NCBI RefSeq assembly: GCF_001447785.1
Contig: NW_015168048.1
Span: 1,289,610-1,353,609 of the forward strand
DNA: 64,000 bases
DNA from: Gekko japonicus
Taxonomy: Eukaryota
Reading direction: 5' to 3'
Shown: positions 49,331-63,340 of the stretch, piece by piece
Layout of the letters: each line of letters opens with the position of its first letter
Numbering within the stretch: the stretch's first letter is position 1
The notes under the pieces: model-generated
The model's database searches: none
What the model was told of the DNA's origin: nothing
What the model saw: only the letters and a program-made list of their open reading frames with translations
Program-made: the position numbers and the translations under genes

Positions 49331-51165
49331 GAGAAAAAAATACAAAACTTGTAATATGTCTTATAATATCTCTTTGTAAAGTCTTTAAACCTTATTTTTC
49401 CTTTTAAGTCACTTTCCTTTCAAGTCACTATCTTGCTGTCTTATAATCTTTAAATACTCTTTCTATATTATTCAACACTTGTTCCTTATCTCATTAGCTG
49501 GCTGCTTTAAAGGGGAAGTCCCCCTTTTTATTCCTTTTATTTATAATTACCAGAGTAGCATTATTTATTGTTCCTATATTAATTGTGCTAGCCCTTCAAG
49601 AGGTAAAGAGAGTTGTTACTTAGCTTCGTTGGTGTTTCCTGACATGGTACTTCACTTGTAGACTCAGTTGGTTCTGTTAGTTTCGGCTTGCTCCCGGCAT
49701 CTGGTCGGGTGTCCGCATCAGCCTTCCACATAAAAGCAGCCCCAAAACAAGAAAACAAGGAGGTTGCCTTCCTCACTTGTTTTGTACACCAAGCTTCTTG
49801 CCTTTGCGCTCTCCCTCTGAGAGAGCCCCTGGGGATTGCATGACAACCCCCCCTAGAAAGCTGTGGGAATTCAGCATAAATGAGCAGCTAATGTTGCTCG
49901 TGTCTGCAGTCATCGATCCCCAAACCAGAAGCCAAGAGCAGTTGTAATTCTGAGTGATCTCCACCCCTCACCTGGAGATTGGCAACAATGGTTCCTCAGG
50001 AGGAAATGGCTGGTTTGGTGGGTGGAATCTATGGCATTGTACGTGTCAGAGGTCCCACCCCTCCTCAAACCTCACCCTCTCCAGGCTTTACCCCTGAAAT
50101 CTCCAGGAATTTCCCAACCTGGAGTTGCCAACTCTCCTTCAGCCTGCCATTATCTGCCCCTATGCCCTGCCTTTTACTGACAGAACCAAGCTTGGTTGCC
50201 TAGCAAAAGGCACTGAGGGGAAAGTATGGTTGCCAGCCCTGAATAGGGGAATACCTGGAGATTTGGGCGGTGGATCCTGTGGAGGGCAGTGTTTGGGGAG
50301 GGGAAGGACTCAGGAGGGTATAATGCCATAGGGTCTCCCCTCCAAAGCAGCCATTTTCTCCAGGGGAACTGATCTCTGTCATCTGGAGATCAATTGTAAC
50401 AGTGGGATATCTCCAGGTACCACCTGGAGATTGGCAAGCCTAGACAAAAGTTGGCCACACAGCAGGTGGCTGAAGAGATCATTCTCGGCCTTTTGGCTAA
50501 GATCGAGTGTAGTGTGTGTAGGTGGTGGAAGAGAATGGTTTGACAGCCGCTGGCCAGTAGCCAGCCAGCCATGGCAGAACCAAGCAGGAGAGACAGCTGT
50601 TTTCACAGTTTATTCTGACAGGAAAGTGGCCAGGCTGGCAGTGGGTGGGGGAGAGGGTTATGTTGAATGTCTGTGAGTGGTCTGGCAACCCTAGTCAGGA
50701 CTGGCCCCAATGAGTTCCCCACAAAGGCCTGGAAAGGGCTTCATTCCTTTGTCTTTTTACTGACAGAACCAAGCTTGGTTGCCTAGCAACAGCCATTGAG
50801 GGAAAAGTTCGTCCCACAGGAGTCAAGCAGGAGAAGTGTCTTTGTCAGGAGAACAGCTGTTTGGCAGTTATTCTGACAGGTAACAGTGGCTGAAGTGGCA
50901 GTGGGCGGGGAAGAGGAGCAGACCCACCCCCCAGCCAATGGCATGCAATTACTCTTGTGTGATGGTTGATGGGCCAATGGCTGATGGAGTGCGCAGCACA
51001 GCCAATGGGAGAGCTGGAAATGGACAACACATCAAGAGAATTATATACATAAGATAAATATTATGTAATAAAAGCCTGTTTATTGTTGTGCTGTTGCCAA
51101 AGTTTGTAATCAACAAATTTAGCATACCTATTTGCCCAGCTCATGATGCTTACATGTGTTACTAA

Positions 51166-51560
51166 TCAAATCATAGAATCATAGAGTTGGAAGGGACCAC
51201 CAGGGCCACCGAGTCCAACCCCCTGTACAATGCAGGAAATTCACAACTACCTCCCCCAATACCCCCAGTGACCCCTGCTCCATACCCAGGAGATGAAGAA
51301 AAAAAACCCCTCCAGGATCCCTGGCCAAACTAGCCTGGAGAAAATTGCTTCCTAACCCCCAAGTGGTGATTGGCATTTCCATGGGTATATAGGAAAGGGC
51401 CATGAGAACTAAGCACTGAGGCAACCCTTCCTCACCTCCCTCTCATAATCTTCCTAAGTTCACAAAATCAGCATTGCTTTCAGATGGCCATCTAGCCTCT
51501 GTTTAAAAACTTTCAAAGAAGGAGTGCCTACCACCTCCCAAGGAAGCCTGTTTCTCAGAA
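51166..51560 (-). mobile_element. CR1 LINE 3' end
   Basis: (AATCATAG)n tail followed by agttggaagggacc, typical of CR1. Confidence 0.9.
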
Positions 51561-54500
51561 GTTCTTCTACAGCTTGGGAAATAAAATGAGATTTTGAACA
51601 TGCATTGAATATTCTTTTAGTTGGGGGGAGGCTCATCCATCATTAGTTTACTGGCAATTTCAGTGTTTGTATATATATGCATTAGTGGGGTCTAAAGAGG
51701 TCTCAACTTGAGATATGCCAAGTTTTAGAAAAAATGTTACTATACTTTTCAAAATAACCGAGTTTAGTACAATGGGGAGGCTTGCCTACTGTTTTGCCCC
51801 AAGTTCTTTGATGCCATCCTCTTCCCCCCCCCCGACTACTTACTAGCCAGGATCTAAAGGGTTATGTCTACATACATAAAGTTGCTTTAAGTTTCATCAC
51901 TACCCCTGCTGTCTCCCAAAGAGCTGCACTTGAGCCACCTGAGACATCTTTTCTTTGCTGACTATTCAGTATTGTGGAGAATGATCCTTTCAATGAAGGG
52001 TGCACCTTGTCTGGTGCATCTTGATAGATATGGTGGACATCGTTGATTTTTTCCCCCAGAACAAATCAGAACATGACATATAAAAACCTTTTACATATAC
52101 TGGTTTTTAAAAACAGAAGTTGAAACCCAAACTGAATCTACATTGTGTCTGTATGGAATAGTATTTTCTTAAAATTTCTGACAGTCTTCATTAAAGGGGC
52201 AATCAGAGCCAGAATTCTCATGAATTAAATGTTTTAAAAGACTGCCTGCTGAAATGGAAGATGGAGAGAGAAAAGATCTTTGTGCATAATGTCAAACAGT
52301 TGGATAAGAGGCCTGGAGAATGCAGGCTTTGTTCATATTGATGTCAAATTGGCCATGTCTCCCAGCCCTTGAAATTATCTAATTGTAGCATATTTTTAGT
52401 TACATGTCTGGACAAGGAGATCTTTTTTAACCCCTTTCTTCCCTTTTAGATTAGGAATGTGGTTCCTCACAGATGAAAATGAATAAGTGAATCTGTAGCT
52501 GGATTCAGATGATGTATTAGAAAAGCACTTGGTGACTTAAACTTGAGCATCTTTTTTTTGGTGGCTATTAAGAGGATGAGATCAGATTAAAATGCCATTC
52601 ACATCATGCTTCTAGCTTTAGACAAGACACGCATGGGCTCCAAACTAGCTCTTCTTTTATCAAGATCAATTAACTATAGGCTTTTACTAATATGATTTTT
52701 CCTTGCAATCCTGCCCCCCCACCAGTTGCCCTCTTCCTTGTGTAACTTCCCCAGCCCAGACAGTAAGTTGAATCACGACAACCTTCAATGAACTACTTAA
52801 GCAAAACTACTACTACTTGAGCAAAACTACCATCATGGTTTTAGGCTGTGGCTTATGAAGCATGAAGCAGGACAATCCACAACAGAATATCTAGGAACTG
52901 GTTTTACCATTCCCATGTCTGGATCTGGAAAACCTGCTGAATGAACTGGGTAGAAGGGTATAACTGTGTGGTATAACTGTGGTGTTGCAAAAAACCCAGC
53001 ACTGGAGTTGCTTTACCCATTCTGCAGATGGCAATGCAGTGACAGCAACTTAAAATTTCAGTGGCATACAAAAATCCATCACAGAAAATCTCACATTAGC
53101 ACAGATTCCCACAGGTTGCACATTGTTTTATCATTGGACAAAATGCTGTGATGTAGCAGCATTGAATAAGTGGAGTTGTAGTACTGGAAGGCTAAGCAGT
53201 AACTACAGAAAACTGAAAGAAAAAAAATCTGAAGTAGTCAATATAGGGATCATTAATATTGTTTTAAAACACCAAGAAGCATTCTGGAGCAATCTATTCA
53301 AGGGCTTATTCAAAAACAATTCAATGAAATATTTAAAATAATATGTTGGAGGTTGATATAGGAGTAGCTGTACTGTGAGATCACTAACAGGAAATCCCAT
53401 CATCTAGTTGAATTCCATTTATGTTATCAGGTATACTTAACATATGAATTTTTCATGATCCCTTTAAATTTCAGAGCATAGCTCTCTTCTTTTATGTAGT
53501 ATTGGCACATTTAATCAATGCTCCTGCTGGAGATTTCATGCTCTTGGTTTATGTGTGTGACTCCATCCACTTATCATTTGGAATCTTTCAGTTATATTAA
53601 GAGAAGCAACATGGGATTCTAATTTGGTTTTTTGAAGCATAGCTTTCAGCTATCTTGTCATAGACTGAGCTGCATTAAGCATTGCAATCTAGAGAGATCC
53701 TAGGAAAAGAGAGGCAGACAGGGCCCAAGTCATACAGACAAGGCTCAGTGTAGATTACTGGGACCCAGAAAGTCCAGGAGAGTCTGCCTTGGCTGCAAGC
53801 TAGGGATGCCAGCCTCCAGGTGGGATCTGGGGATCCCCCAGAATTACAGCTCATGCCTAGACTACAGAGTGCAGGTCTCCTAGAGAAAATGGATGCTTTG
53901 GAGGGTGAACTCTGTGTCATTGTACCTCACTGAGGTCCCTGTCCTCTCCAGCCTCCATCCCTAAATCTCCAGGAGTTACCATTCTGGACCTGGCAACCCT
54001 ACCACCCCATTTCCTGCCAGAGGGAACCTGGCAACCCTACATGCAAACCCATTACTCTGCAAACTCATTGATGACATTTCAGGAACAAAACAAGATTTGT
54101 ATTTCATGAATAATGTTATTGAATGTGTTAGATGGGAACAGGAAGATGAGATTTTGTACCATCTCAGAAAAATGATGCCTAGGCCTGCTCAGAGATCAGG
54201 AGCCCCCTTTTTGCTTTAGATCTTGCTGATTATTTCTGCTGTACAGTCAAGTAGTTCTTAGAACAAAAACTTGTCTGTTCCCTTTATCTTCATTGTTGAA
54301 CCGGAAGGTCTACCAGACTGAATGGAAAGGGTTTGCATAGCAAGAGCTACTAGGACTTGCTCAGTAGCCTGAAGATTCCTCCAAGGTACAAATAAATTAA
54401 TTCAAAAGCTCTGACTGTCAGAATGCCAGACGTTCATATTGCAAGAAATCACATCATTGATCCTACATTAAACAAAAGTCAACAAGCGATGGAATAGATA

Positions 54501-57500
54501 TAGTTGATTTTGAAAACAGAAGGGTTGGAAGACTTTTCATTTGGCAATTATTCTGGTACCTCTCTGCCTGATTTCATTTTCTTGGACAGTGAGAGGTGGA
54601 TGAGGAGAAATTAATTTAGCAGATATGTGGCTGACAGTATGCCAGACTACACCTCCTAGGGAATCAGAGACTGGTGTGGGTGCGTTCTCCAGCATCCTCC
54701 TTCCTTTAGCACACCACACATGCATCTCAGCAAAAGAGGGTTTATAACACCCTCAACCTACTCTCCCCAACTCTTGGTCCACCCTCTGATTATTTACATG
54801 CGTCTGGGCCTGTCCTCTCAGAGTGCATTGCGGTCACACCTAAGAAAGGTCCACCAGGAGGTGAGGCAACTCCAGCCTCTGCCAGTGCCCTCCAATTATG
54901 GGTGGGGCCTGGTTCACACTCACTTTCTGGACCAATAGGCCTCCCTCATTGGCCCCAACTGTCCTGAGGCTTCAAAATAACCTCTTGCTGGTTGGTGCTG
55001 CTCTCAGGAAGTCACTGTCCCATGCCTGTCTCCAGGTCCAGCCCCTTTGGCCTTTGATGGCTGTGTCAACCTGTCCAGTGGTCCCTGGGTGTGATGTCAA
55101 GACCTCCTCCCTGTTTCCCCCTAGGCTGCTCCTGGCAGGTGAGTCTACCTTAGTCACCCTACCCACCTTCCCTGGCTGCTTCTGCTGCTTTGCTGCTGAC
55201 ACAGCCCTCCAACGCTGTTCAGCTGGGCCATATGGGTGCTGGAAAAAATTTTCTGCTCCACCAACATTGCTGCAGCCACCCAGCCTTGTCTGATAGTGTG
55301 TGTGTGTGTGGGGGGGGGACTTTCCAGCTCTGACATCACTGAGGCCTCCTGTTTGACCCCCAGAGCCAAGGGTAAGTGTGGGGAGAGCTTTGCCAGCCCC
55401 AGACACAGTGATACCATATATTTAAAAGTTAGCTGATTTACTTACCAAATACAACCATTCTGATTGTTGTTTCTGCACATTAAATGTTCTGCCTATAACT
55501 GCAGTTGTGTCCCAAGTGTTCTCTAATTTTGTACAAGCATTGCCATTGTGGTCATTCTCTAGAGCTGTGTCTGCTGCCTACTAAGTAGGGACAATGTAAG
55601 CCCAGAAAAAGAAGAGGAGACTTGGTGTCAGGCTACATTCTCCCCCCTCCCACAAACTTGATTTACACATAATTTTCTTGGGAGTCAATCCACAAGCACT
55701 GAAATTGGTTTGGGCATGGTTGCTCTGTATGTCTGCCCTCCTTCTGCATTTTTCACAGTTATGGAGTCAGTTTATTTTCTTCTGCACATGCCTTCTAAAT
55801 GAGGATTTTCAAGGGAGGATGCTGTCATCTTTGGTGGTGTCGTCTGTGGTGTCACAGCACCCCTGTTTTTAATAATGGCACTAAAACATCAATATATTGC
55901 TGAGGCATTGTAACAATAGGCTTAGGAGGTTCTCTGAATTCCCAGATTTTGTTAAAAATCAAAGTAAGTCTCTAACCCCCTCCCTTGTACATATATGCCA
56001 TTTTTCCTTATATCTCCAAGAGGGAAGACACTAGAGCCTTACTTTTAAAAAAAGGAAATATAGGAATTCAGAGAACCTCCTGAACCTATGTTTGTTTCTC
56101 TGTTTATTTCCTTCTTTTCCTCAAGTATATAATTTCTGATATTGTCATATTCACTCTTAGCCCTGAACATTTTGCGAAATTATCTAGAATTATCTTTACT
56201 TCTTTTACTCCTTCTTTTGGATTTGTCATAATAATTATGATGTCGTCTGCAAATAAATTGATTTTCATTTCCTCTTTACCTATCCTATAGCCTTCTATTT
56301 TTCCTGAGTTTCTGATCTGTTCCGCTAGCTGTTCTATTGCCATTATGAAGAGTAACAGTGATAATGGGCAGTCTTGTTGTACCCCTCTTTGTATAGGAAT
56401 TGTTTGTGAGTGCTCATTATTTACTCTTACTATTGTCTTTCCTTCTTTATAAATTTCCTGAATTGCCTCTAGGTATTCCTTATCTATTCCTACTTTGCTC
56501 ATTATTTGCCATAGATGTTCATGGGAGAGGGTATCAAATGCTTTATAAACATCCAATTTTAATAGACTTACTTTCTTCTGGTGGGCATGGTATAAAATAT
56601 TAAGAATGTTTCTTATGGGATTAGCTATGCTTCTCCCTTTTACAAACCCGTATTGATTGATATTTTATTATTGATGGGATAACCCTCTTTAATCTATTTG
56701 CCATTATTTTAGCAAAGATCTTGTAGTCTTAATTTAAGAGGCTTGTTAGTCTATATGATCCCACTTCTTTAGGGTCTTTCTGCAGTTTAAGAATCAATAT
56801 TATTTCTGACTTCCTCCATGAATCTGGAGCCCTCTTACTATTTAAAACTTCATTAAACACTACCTGAAGTTCTGGTACTAAGATGTCCTTCATTTCCTTA
56901 TAAAATTCACCCATGAAGCCGTCTAAACCGGGCAATTTCCCTTTTTTTAGTTCTTTTATTACTTCCCTTATTTCTTGAGCTGTAATTTCTTCCTTTAGTT
57001 TTCCTCTCTCTGTCTCCTTCATTGTTAGGCTAATTTCTTCCTGCCAGTCTACTGTATTTTTTTAATACACATTTTTATAGAAGTTCGCAAAAGCCTTTGT
57101 AATTTCTTTAGGGTTTTGCATTAATTTCTTATTAAACTTTATGCATTTAACACTTTGTTTTGCTCTTTTGATCTTCAGATAGTTCGCCAATCTTTTTGCT
57201 GTATTAATACTGTTTCTCTGAAATTCGTTCTTGACCATAATTTCCTTTTTCCATAGTGTCGCTATGTCTAATTCTTCCAACTGTTTCTGAATCTCTTTAA
57301 TCTTATTCTGTACCTTAGGGTTATATTTTTCCATTTGTTTTCTTTGTAACTTCTCTAATTCCTGAAGTTTGGGTTGTCTTTTTTTATACCATTCTCTTTT
57401 TATGTTCTTTTTTTTCTTTATACAGAATCCTCTTATTACCGCCTTGGCGACATCCCATAATATATTAGTAGGTACTGTCCCTCTATTTTCTTCAAAGTAT

Positions 57501-57623
57501 AGACTTATCTGTTTCTCCATGTATTTTCTATCTTCTGATTTAATCATTATTAAATTATTATATCTCCATGTTCTTTTTGTGTTAACTTGTTTTATTTCAA
57601 GTTCAATACTTATAGGTTTTTAT

Positions 57624-58457
57624 GTCACAAGCGGGAATTAAGATTGCCGGGGAAAAGATCAACAACCTCAGATATGCAGATGATACCACTCTAATGGCAG
57701 AAAGTGAAGAGGACCTTAAGAGCCTCTTGCTCAGGATAAAAGAGGAGAGTGCAAAACTGGGCTTGAAGCTCAACATCAAAAAAACTAAGATCATGGCATC
57801 CGGCCCCATCACAACTTGGCAAATAGAAGGGGAAGTCATGAAAGTAGTGACAGACTTCGCGTTCCTGGATCCCAGACCACCGCAGACTGTGACAGCAGCC
57901 ATGAAATTAAAAGACGCCTGCTCCTTGGGAGGAAAGCGATGGCGAACCTAAACAGCATGATAAAAAGTAGAGACATCTCCCTGCCAACAAAAGTCCGCAT
58001 GGTCAAAGCAATGGTATTCCCAGTAGTCATGTATGGCTGCGAGAGTTGGACTATAAGGAAGGCCGAGCGCCGAAGAATAGATTCTTTTGAACTATGGTGC
58101 TGGAGAAGACTCTTGAGAGTCCCTTGGACTGCAAAAAGATCAAATCAGTCAATCCTAAAAGAAATCAACCCTGACTGTTCCCTGGAAGGCCAGATAATGA
58201 AAATGAAGCTCAAATACTTTGGCCACCAAATGAGAAGGGAGCACTCACTAGAGAAGACCCTGATGCTGGGAAAGATTGAAGGCCAAAGAAGACGGGGATG
58301 GCAAAGGATGAGATGGTTAGACAATGTCATCGATGCAACGAACATTAAATTGAGCCAACTTCAGAGAATGGCGCAAGACAGGAGGGCCTGGCGGGAGATG
58401 ATCCATGGGGTCGCGAAGAGTCGGACTCAACTGTGCGACTGAACAACAACAAAAAAA
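57624..58457 (+). mobile_element. 5'-truncated young BovB inserted antisense into L1
   Basis: Close match to 11960-12790 with one frameshift near 57875, and an AAC tail. Confidence 0.95.
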
Positions 58458-58468
58458 GAGGAAACAAA

Positions 58469-58510
58469 CGCCCAGGCTGGCTGGATCTCATCAGATCTCA
58501 GAAGCTAAGC
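58469..58510 (+). mobile_element. 5S-derived SINE head truncated by the gap
   Basis: gatctcatcagatctcagaagctaagc matches the 5S-like head. Confidence 0.7.
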
Positions 58511-59163
58511 NNNNNNNNNNNNNNNNNNNNNNNNNNNNNNNNNNNNNNNNNNNNNNNNNNNNNNNNNNNNNNNNNNNNNNNNNNNNNNNNNNNNNNNNNN
58601 NNNNNNNNNNNNNNNNNNNNNNNNNNNNNNNNNNNNNNNNNNNNNNNNNNNNNNNNNNNNNNNNNNNNNNNNNNNNNNNNNNNNNNNNNNNNNNNNNNNN
58701 NNNNNNNNNNNNNNNNNNNNNNNNNNNNNNNNNNNNNNNNNNNNNNNNNNNNNNNNNNNNNNNNNNNNNNNNNNNNNNNNNNNNNNNNNNNNNNNNNNNN
58801 NNNNNNNNNNNNNNNNNNNNNNNNNNNNNNNNNNNNNNNNNNNNNNNNNNNNNNNNNNNNNNNNNNNNNNNNNNNNNNNNNNNNNNNNNNNNNNNNNNNN
58901 NNNNNNNNNNNNNNNNNNNNNNNNNNNNNNNNNNNNNNNNNNNNNNNNNNNNNNNNNNNNNNNNNNNNNNNNNNNNNNNNNNNNNNNNNNNNNNNNNNNN
59001 NNNNNNNNNNNNNNNNNNNNNNNNNNNNNNNNNNNNNNNNNNNNNNNNNNNNNNNNNNNNNNNNNNNNNNNNNNNNNNNNNNNNNNNNNNNNNNNNNNNN
59101 NNNNNNNNNNNNNNNNNNNNNNNNNNNNNNNNNNNNNNNNNNNNNNNNNNNNNNNNNNNNNNN
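58511..59163. other. Assembly gap (N run)
   Basis: Run of N. ORFs containing X are artefacts. Confidence 1.
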
Positions 59164-59604
59164 AATGGTTTTTCTGTCATTTTTTTTAATGTGTCTCCTG
59201 CAAACACATCAAGTCTATCCTTTGTTCTCTAGCCATTTTGGATATCCTATACCTCTTGAGATTTGACGTTAAACCGTTTACATTCAGTGAAAGTACTCTT
59301 ATTGTCCTATCCATTTTCCATCTTGTTTTGAGTCTTGGGCCACCCTGGCTGGGGATGTTTAATATTATTCATTAAATAAACCCCTTCCTTCCCTCCCCCT
59401 CCCTGTGGTTGAGACAGAATTTGGGATGAAAACTTCATCTCATCTCTCCACCTTCTAGAGTGCACACACCCCTTCCTTCTCCTTGACTTTTACACTTAGT
59501 AATTTAGCTCATTCAGCATTTGTATACTTCCCTTTTATGTAGTTTCCTCATGTGAGTCTGTCCTTGGTCTTTTCTCGGGTCTTTCTGAGCCTCCTTCCCC
59601 AGGG

Positions 59605-60348
59605 TCATCTGTTGCTCCTAATCCTTCCTCCATTTCCTCTCAGGTCATCTGTGTTTATTCTTAGTTGCTTGCAGAGTTCCATTGCCTCCATGGGGTTTTG
59701 TGCTATGAGCCTCTTTCCTTCCTTAAACATTTGTATCGTGGAGGGATAGCCCCACGAAAATGTCACATTATTAGCGTAAAGTCTTTGGCTAAAGGGTCTC
59801 ATTTGATTTTTCTTCTTTATAGTCTCCTGACAGAAGTCTTCCCTCACCCAGACCTTTTTCCCTCTAAAAGTCAGGTCTTTTCTCTTTTTTAATGTTTTAT
59901 AAACTTCTTGTTGCAATTTTTCCCTGTTGAATTTAACGATCACATCTCTGAGGGTTCCTCCTCTTCCTCTTCTCTGCAGTCTATGAGCTCTTTCTATCTC
60001 TTCTGGTTTTATCTCTACTCCATTTTCTTGAATCCATACTCTCAGCATCTCTTCCAAAGTCTTTTTACTTACTTCTTCGGAGATCCCTGCCAGAATTAAA
60101 TTAGCTCTCCTATTCCGGTCTGAAAGATCAGTAAGTTGGCTGGTTAATTGTTCTATCTTTTGTTTATTTTTTTGAGCCTGCTCCTTAGCAGCGATTGCAG
60201 TGTGTTTTATTTCTCTAATCGCCTCTGTCATTTCTGTAATCTTCTCATTAACTGCTTTAATATTGTCTCTCAATTTTTCCTGAGACACAATTACCTTGTT
60301 TTCAAAAGCCGACAACTGTTCGGATAGCTCTCGTATATTTTTTGCCAT
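59605..60348 (-). CDS. L1 ORF1p (coiled coil + RRM + CTD), 247-aa open stretch
   Basis: DRNRRANLILAGISE, IERAHR, RDVIVKF, VWVREDF, FSWGYPS. Confidence 0.85.
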   Translation of the reverse strand: MAKNIRELSEQLSAFENKVIVSQEKLRDNIKAVNEKITEMTEAIREIKHTAIAAKEQAQKNKQKIEQLTSQLTDLSDRNRRANLILAGISEEVSKKTLEEMLRVWIQENGVEIKPEEIERAHRLQRRGRGGTLRDVIVKFNREKLQQEVYKTLKKRKDLTFRGKKVWVREDFCQETIKKKNQMRPFSQRLYANNVTFSWGYPSTIQMFKEGKRLIAQNPMEAMELCKQLRINTDDLRGNGGRIRSNR

Positions 60349-61996
60349 TTTCTCAAGGCTTTTAAGAAGACTAATGAGGGTTGTTCGCTGGTCCTGGGCG
60401 TTCCTCTTTAGAAAATACCAAATAATTGCTCTCTTACCGCACGTTGAAGCTTGAGCTCTGCTTCTTCTGGATCGTCTGATAATCCTCTACTGACCTTGTC
60501 CTTCCCCCCCAAAAAGATAAGTCTATTTACATTATTTTGAGCTATAAAGCTAATTGTTCCTCGGAGAGGTCTGGGCTTGCAGCCAGCTTACTCAGCGCAT
60601 GCGTGCATCTCCTCGATGTGAAATATTTGTTAAACTGTGAAAGAATCAGATTATTTTTCAGCAGAACAGAGAATTGTTTATTCAGGATATGAGATTTTAT
60701 CTACTTGTTTTAAAGCACTGCAGCCATGGGGAGATCAATATGCATGGCTCTGCCCATTAGTGTACATTCTTCAAAGACAGAAATTTGAATCACAAAGTTG
60801 GGATAGGTTATCTTGCCCCACCCCCTCCCTACAGACAATTTACCTAGCTGCAGTACAGTGTATGCAGCATACTTCATTCTGGTCAAGTTTTGGTAATGGA
60901 ATTCAGCCACCGTAGGAGAAAAATGCCGAAAGAAATGGAATTCAGCAAAGATTTAGCTCTCCTCACTGGAATGCTCAATTTTTGTAAACAAAGAAAAACA
61001 AATCCCCCCACTTGAAGATCACACAAAAGGCATTGAACTCAAGAGTCAATTTGTGCCTCTGCCATCTTTGCAAATAAGAAATTTAATTTATCATTAATAA
61101 AGGGTTATCATCCCTGAAAATTTTGTCCTAATTGGATAAGTGAGGACTGACGCCTAGAAATGTTTCCCTTAGAAACTAGTGGAGACAGCTATCAGTTGAT
61201 TTTATAACATAACACGTGTATATTTTAAAGAATCCAGCTCTAGTTTTTGAAGTGATGTAAGAACTGAATTTGAATATGACTTTTAAAAAATAACTAAAAG
61301 ATATGTTCATTGCAGAAAGGAAATGCAAAGTATAAAGAACACACAACTCAGAAAACATAAGAGGAATTTCATGCAGATGAGTATGATATGAAAATTTTGC
61401 AGCCCTTATGTAGTGGAAAAGAGATTTTTAAAAATTAAACACTGTCAAGCAGTGTGTGCATTGGCCTAATGAATAAATACAGTTCAGTACATTAATCCTT
61501 GGGGGAATGCAGGAACTGTTCTTCATCTGGCTTCTACTGGGTTTATCATGACCTCCTTAACCCAAAAACATATTAGACTGACATACTCAATTAAAGATGA
61601 ACACTCTGAAATCTAATTGTCTCCGAATCTGCTAGTTTAAAAATAAATACTCTTATGAACACTGAAGCATATTATCAAACTCACTTGAAAATCAGTCAAT
61701 TAAAATGTGTTTATAATATAAGCTAATAATAATGACACAAACGGGTAATTGTGAGAGCATCCATGTGGAATGAAAGATCTATATTGAATTGGAAGTTTGA
61801 GAAAACTGTACGGGCTTTGGAGAATCCATCTTTTCCTAATAAATAAATAAATAAATCCTAATTTTACAATTTGTGGGTGCTTACAAAATGAATTTTAGAT
61901 GACTGAAGTGCTGTATGTCAGTATTTCTTCTCAGATTTTCCTCAGAAGTAATGTCTGCTAGAGTCCCATTGTACATTATTTCAGTGGAAGAACTGA

Positions 61997-62258
61997 AGAG
62001 AGAGGAGACTGGATTTATACCCCTCCTTTCACTCGGAGTCTCAGAGCAGCTTACAGTCTCCTCCTGTCCTCTCCCCACAACAGACACCCTGTGAGGTAGG
62101 TGGGCTGAGAGAGCTCTTGGAAAACTGCTCCTGAGAGAACAGCTCTGAGAGAGCTGTGGCTTGCCCAAAGTCACCCAGCAGCTACATGTGGAGGAGTGGG
62201 GAATCAAATCTAGTTCTCCCATATTAGAGTCCGCGCTCTTAACCACTACACCAAACTG
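61997..62258 (-). mobile_element. Squam3-like SINE
   Basis: Reverse complement of the family head and body. Confidence 0.9.
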
Positions 62259-62623
62259 CTTTTCTGTGACTTCGGTTCACACCACTGAGATTAGGTAAGG
62301 CTATGGACCCAGGACCATGAGATGGAGCCAGCTGAATGAGCTCTATCATCAACTGGTGGTAAACTAGAATGATAGTAATGTATAGAGGATTGTCATAATT
62401 GTCTGTGCCCATGTGGTTCTGCTGAATTCCAAAGGTTGGTGTGGCGGTATGGGAAACAACTACAGAAATGTAGCTCTCAAACCATGGTGATAAAGATAGA
62501 AGGGTAGCATTTTAACACAATATAGACTTGACTGTATCAGTGTCTGGAAAAAGCTTTCCAAAGAGTCTCTTGCATCAGTGGAAGGCTCCTTATGCCAATT
62601 AGCCAGGCAGAGCGGTAGGATAC

Positions 62624-63340
62624 TGTCCTGCACTGGACCCTCGGCGTACCCCAGAAGATGGAACTCCCGGGGGAGGGGGTCCATGGGGCAATGAGGGTTG
62701 CAGCCACCGCCATATGGGACAGATCGCAGGTGGACAACCAGGAGCCCTTGGAAGGCCCACCCCACTCCCTCCACGGAGAAAGACGGTGGAGAAAAGGGCG
62801 GAGACAGGCTCATCTCCTCAGCCACAAATGCAAGGGGGACGCGCATGGTCCCAAGTGTGAGGTGACTGGAGAAGTCTGGTCTTACCCAAGGGAGAATGGT
62901 TGGGGACACTGCAGCAGATGGCGTCGGGCTCCTTAGGCTCACCAGAAGTGGCCACTCCCCTATACTCCCCAACTCAGGGTGAGATCCAGGGGGAATCACA
63001 AGAGGGTGGGACTAGGAGAGAGACACACCATAGGGATGATAGAAGAGGTGACGAGCTGGTTAAGGAAGCAGTAAGAGAACTGGGAAGGGAAAGGGGGGGT
63101 TACCAAGGGATGCGAGGAGGATAAAAGGAGGGAAGCAAGGAGAGTCGAGGAGGATATCGGAAGCGACTGGTTAGGAAAGCTAGAGAGAAGGAGACACGGC
63201 TGTCGAACCCGAGGAAGGTGACTTGGGGAGTGACGAAACTCCCCGACCCTTCCATGTCTGAGGCACTCGCTTCCCTCCGGAGCCCTCAGCCAACACGGCG
63301 AGTGTTCCTCCAAGGCCAGGGGACACCCCAGGGCACGACA
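62624..63340 (+). mobile_element. GC-rich solo LTR
   Basis: Terminal IR TGTCCTGC / GCACGACA, perfect 5-bp TSD GATAC (62619-62623, 63341-63345), TATA-like GATAAAA at about 63120. Confidence 0.85.

Larger units (their letters stand above)
56035..60616 (-). mobile_element. L1 LINE relic interrupted by BovB and an assembly gap
   Basis: ORF1 59605-60348. EN start MDRTIRVLSLNVNGL near 59315. ORF2 pieces PGLDGF..EFYK, SYRLTSLLN, DVYKAFD, RGVQQDCPLS, LFADD. Confidence 0.92.

Noticed and set aside
58405-59266. 238-277 aa ORFs
   Set aside because: They span the N gap and are artefacts.
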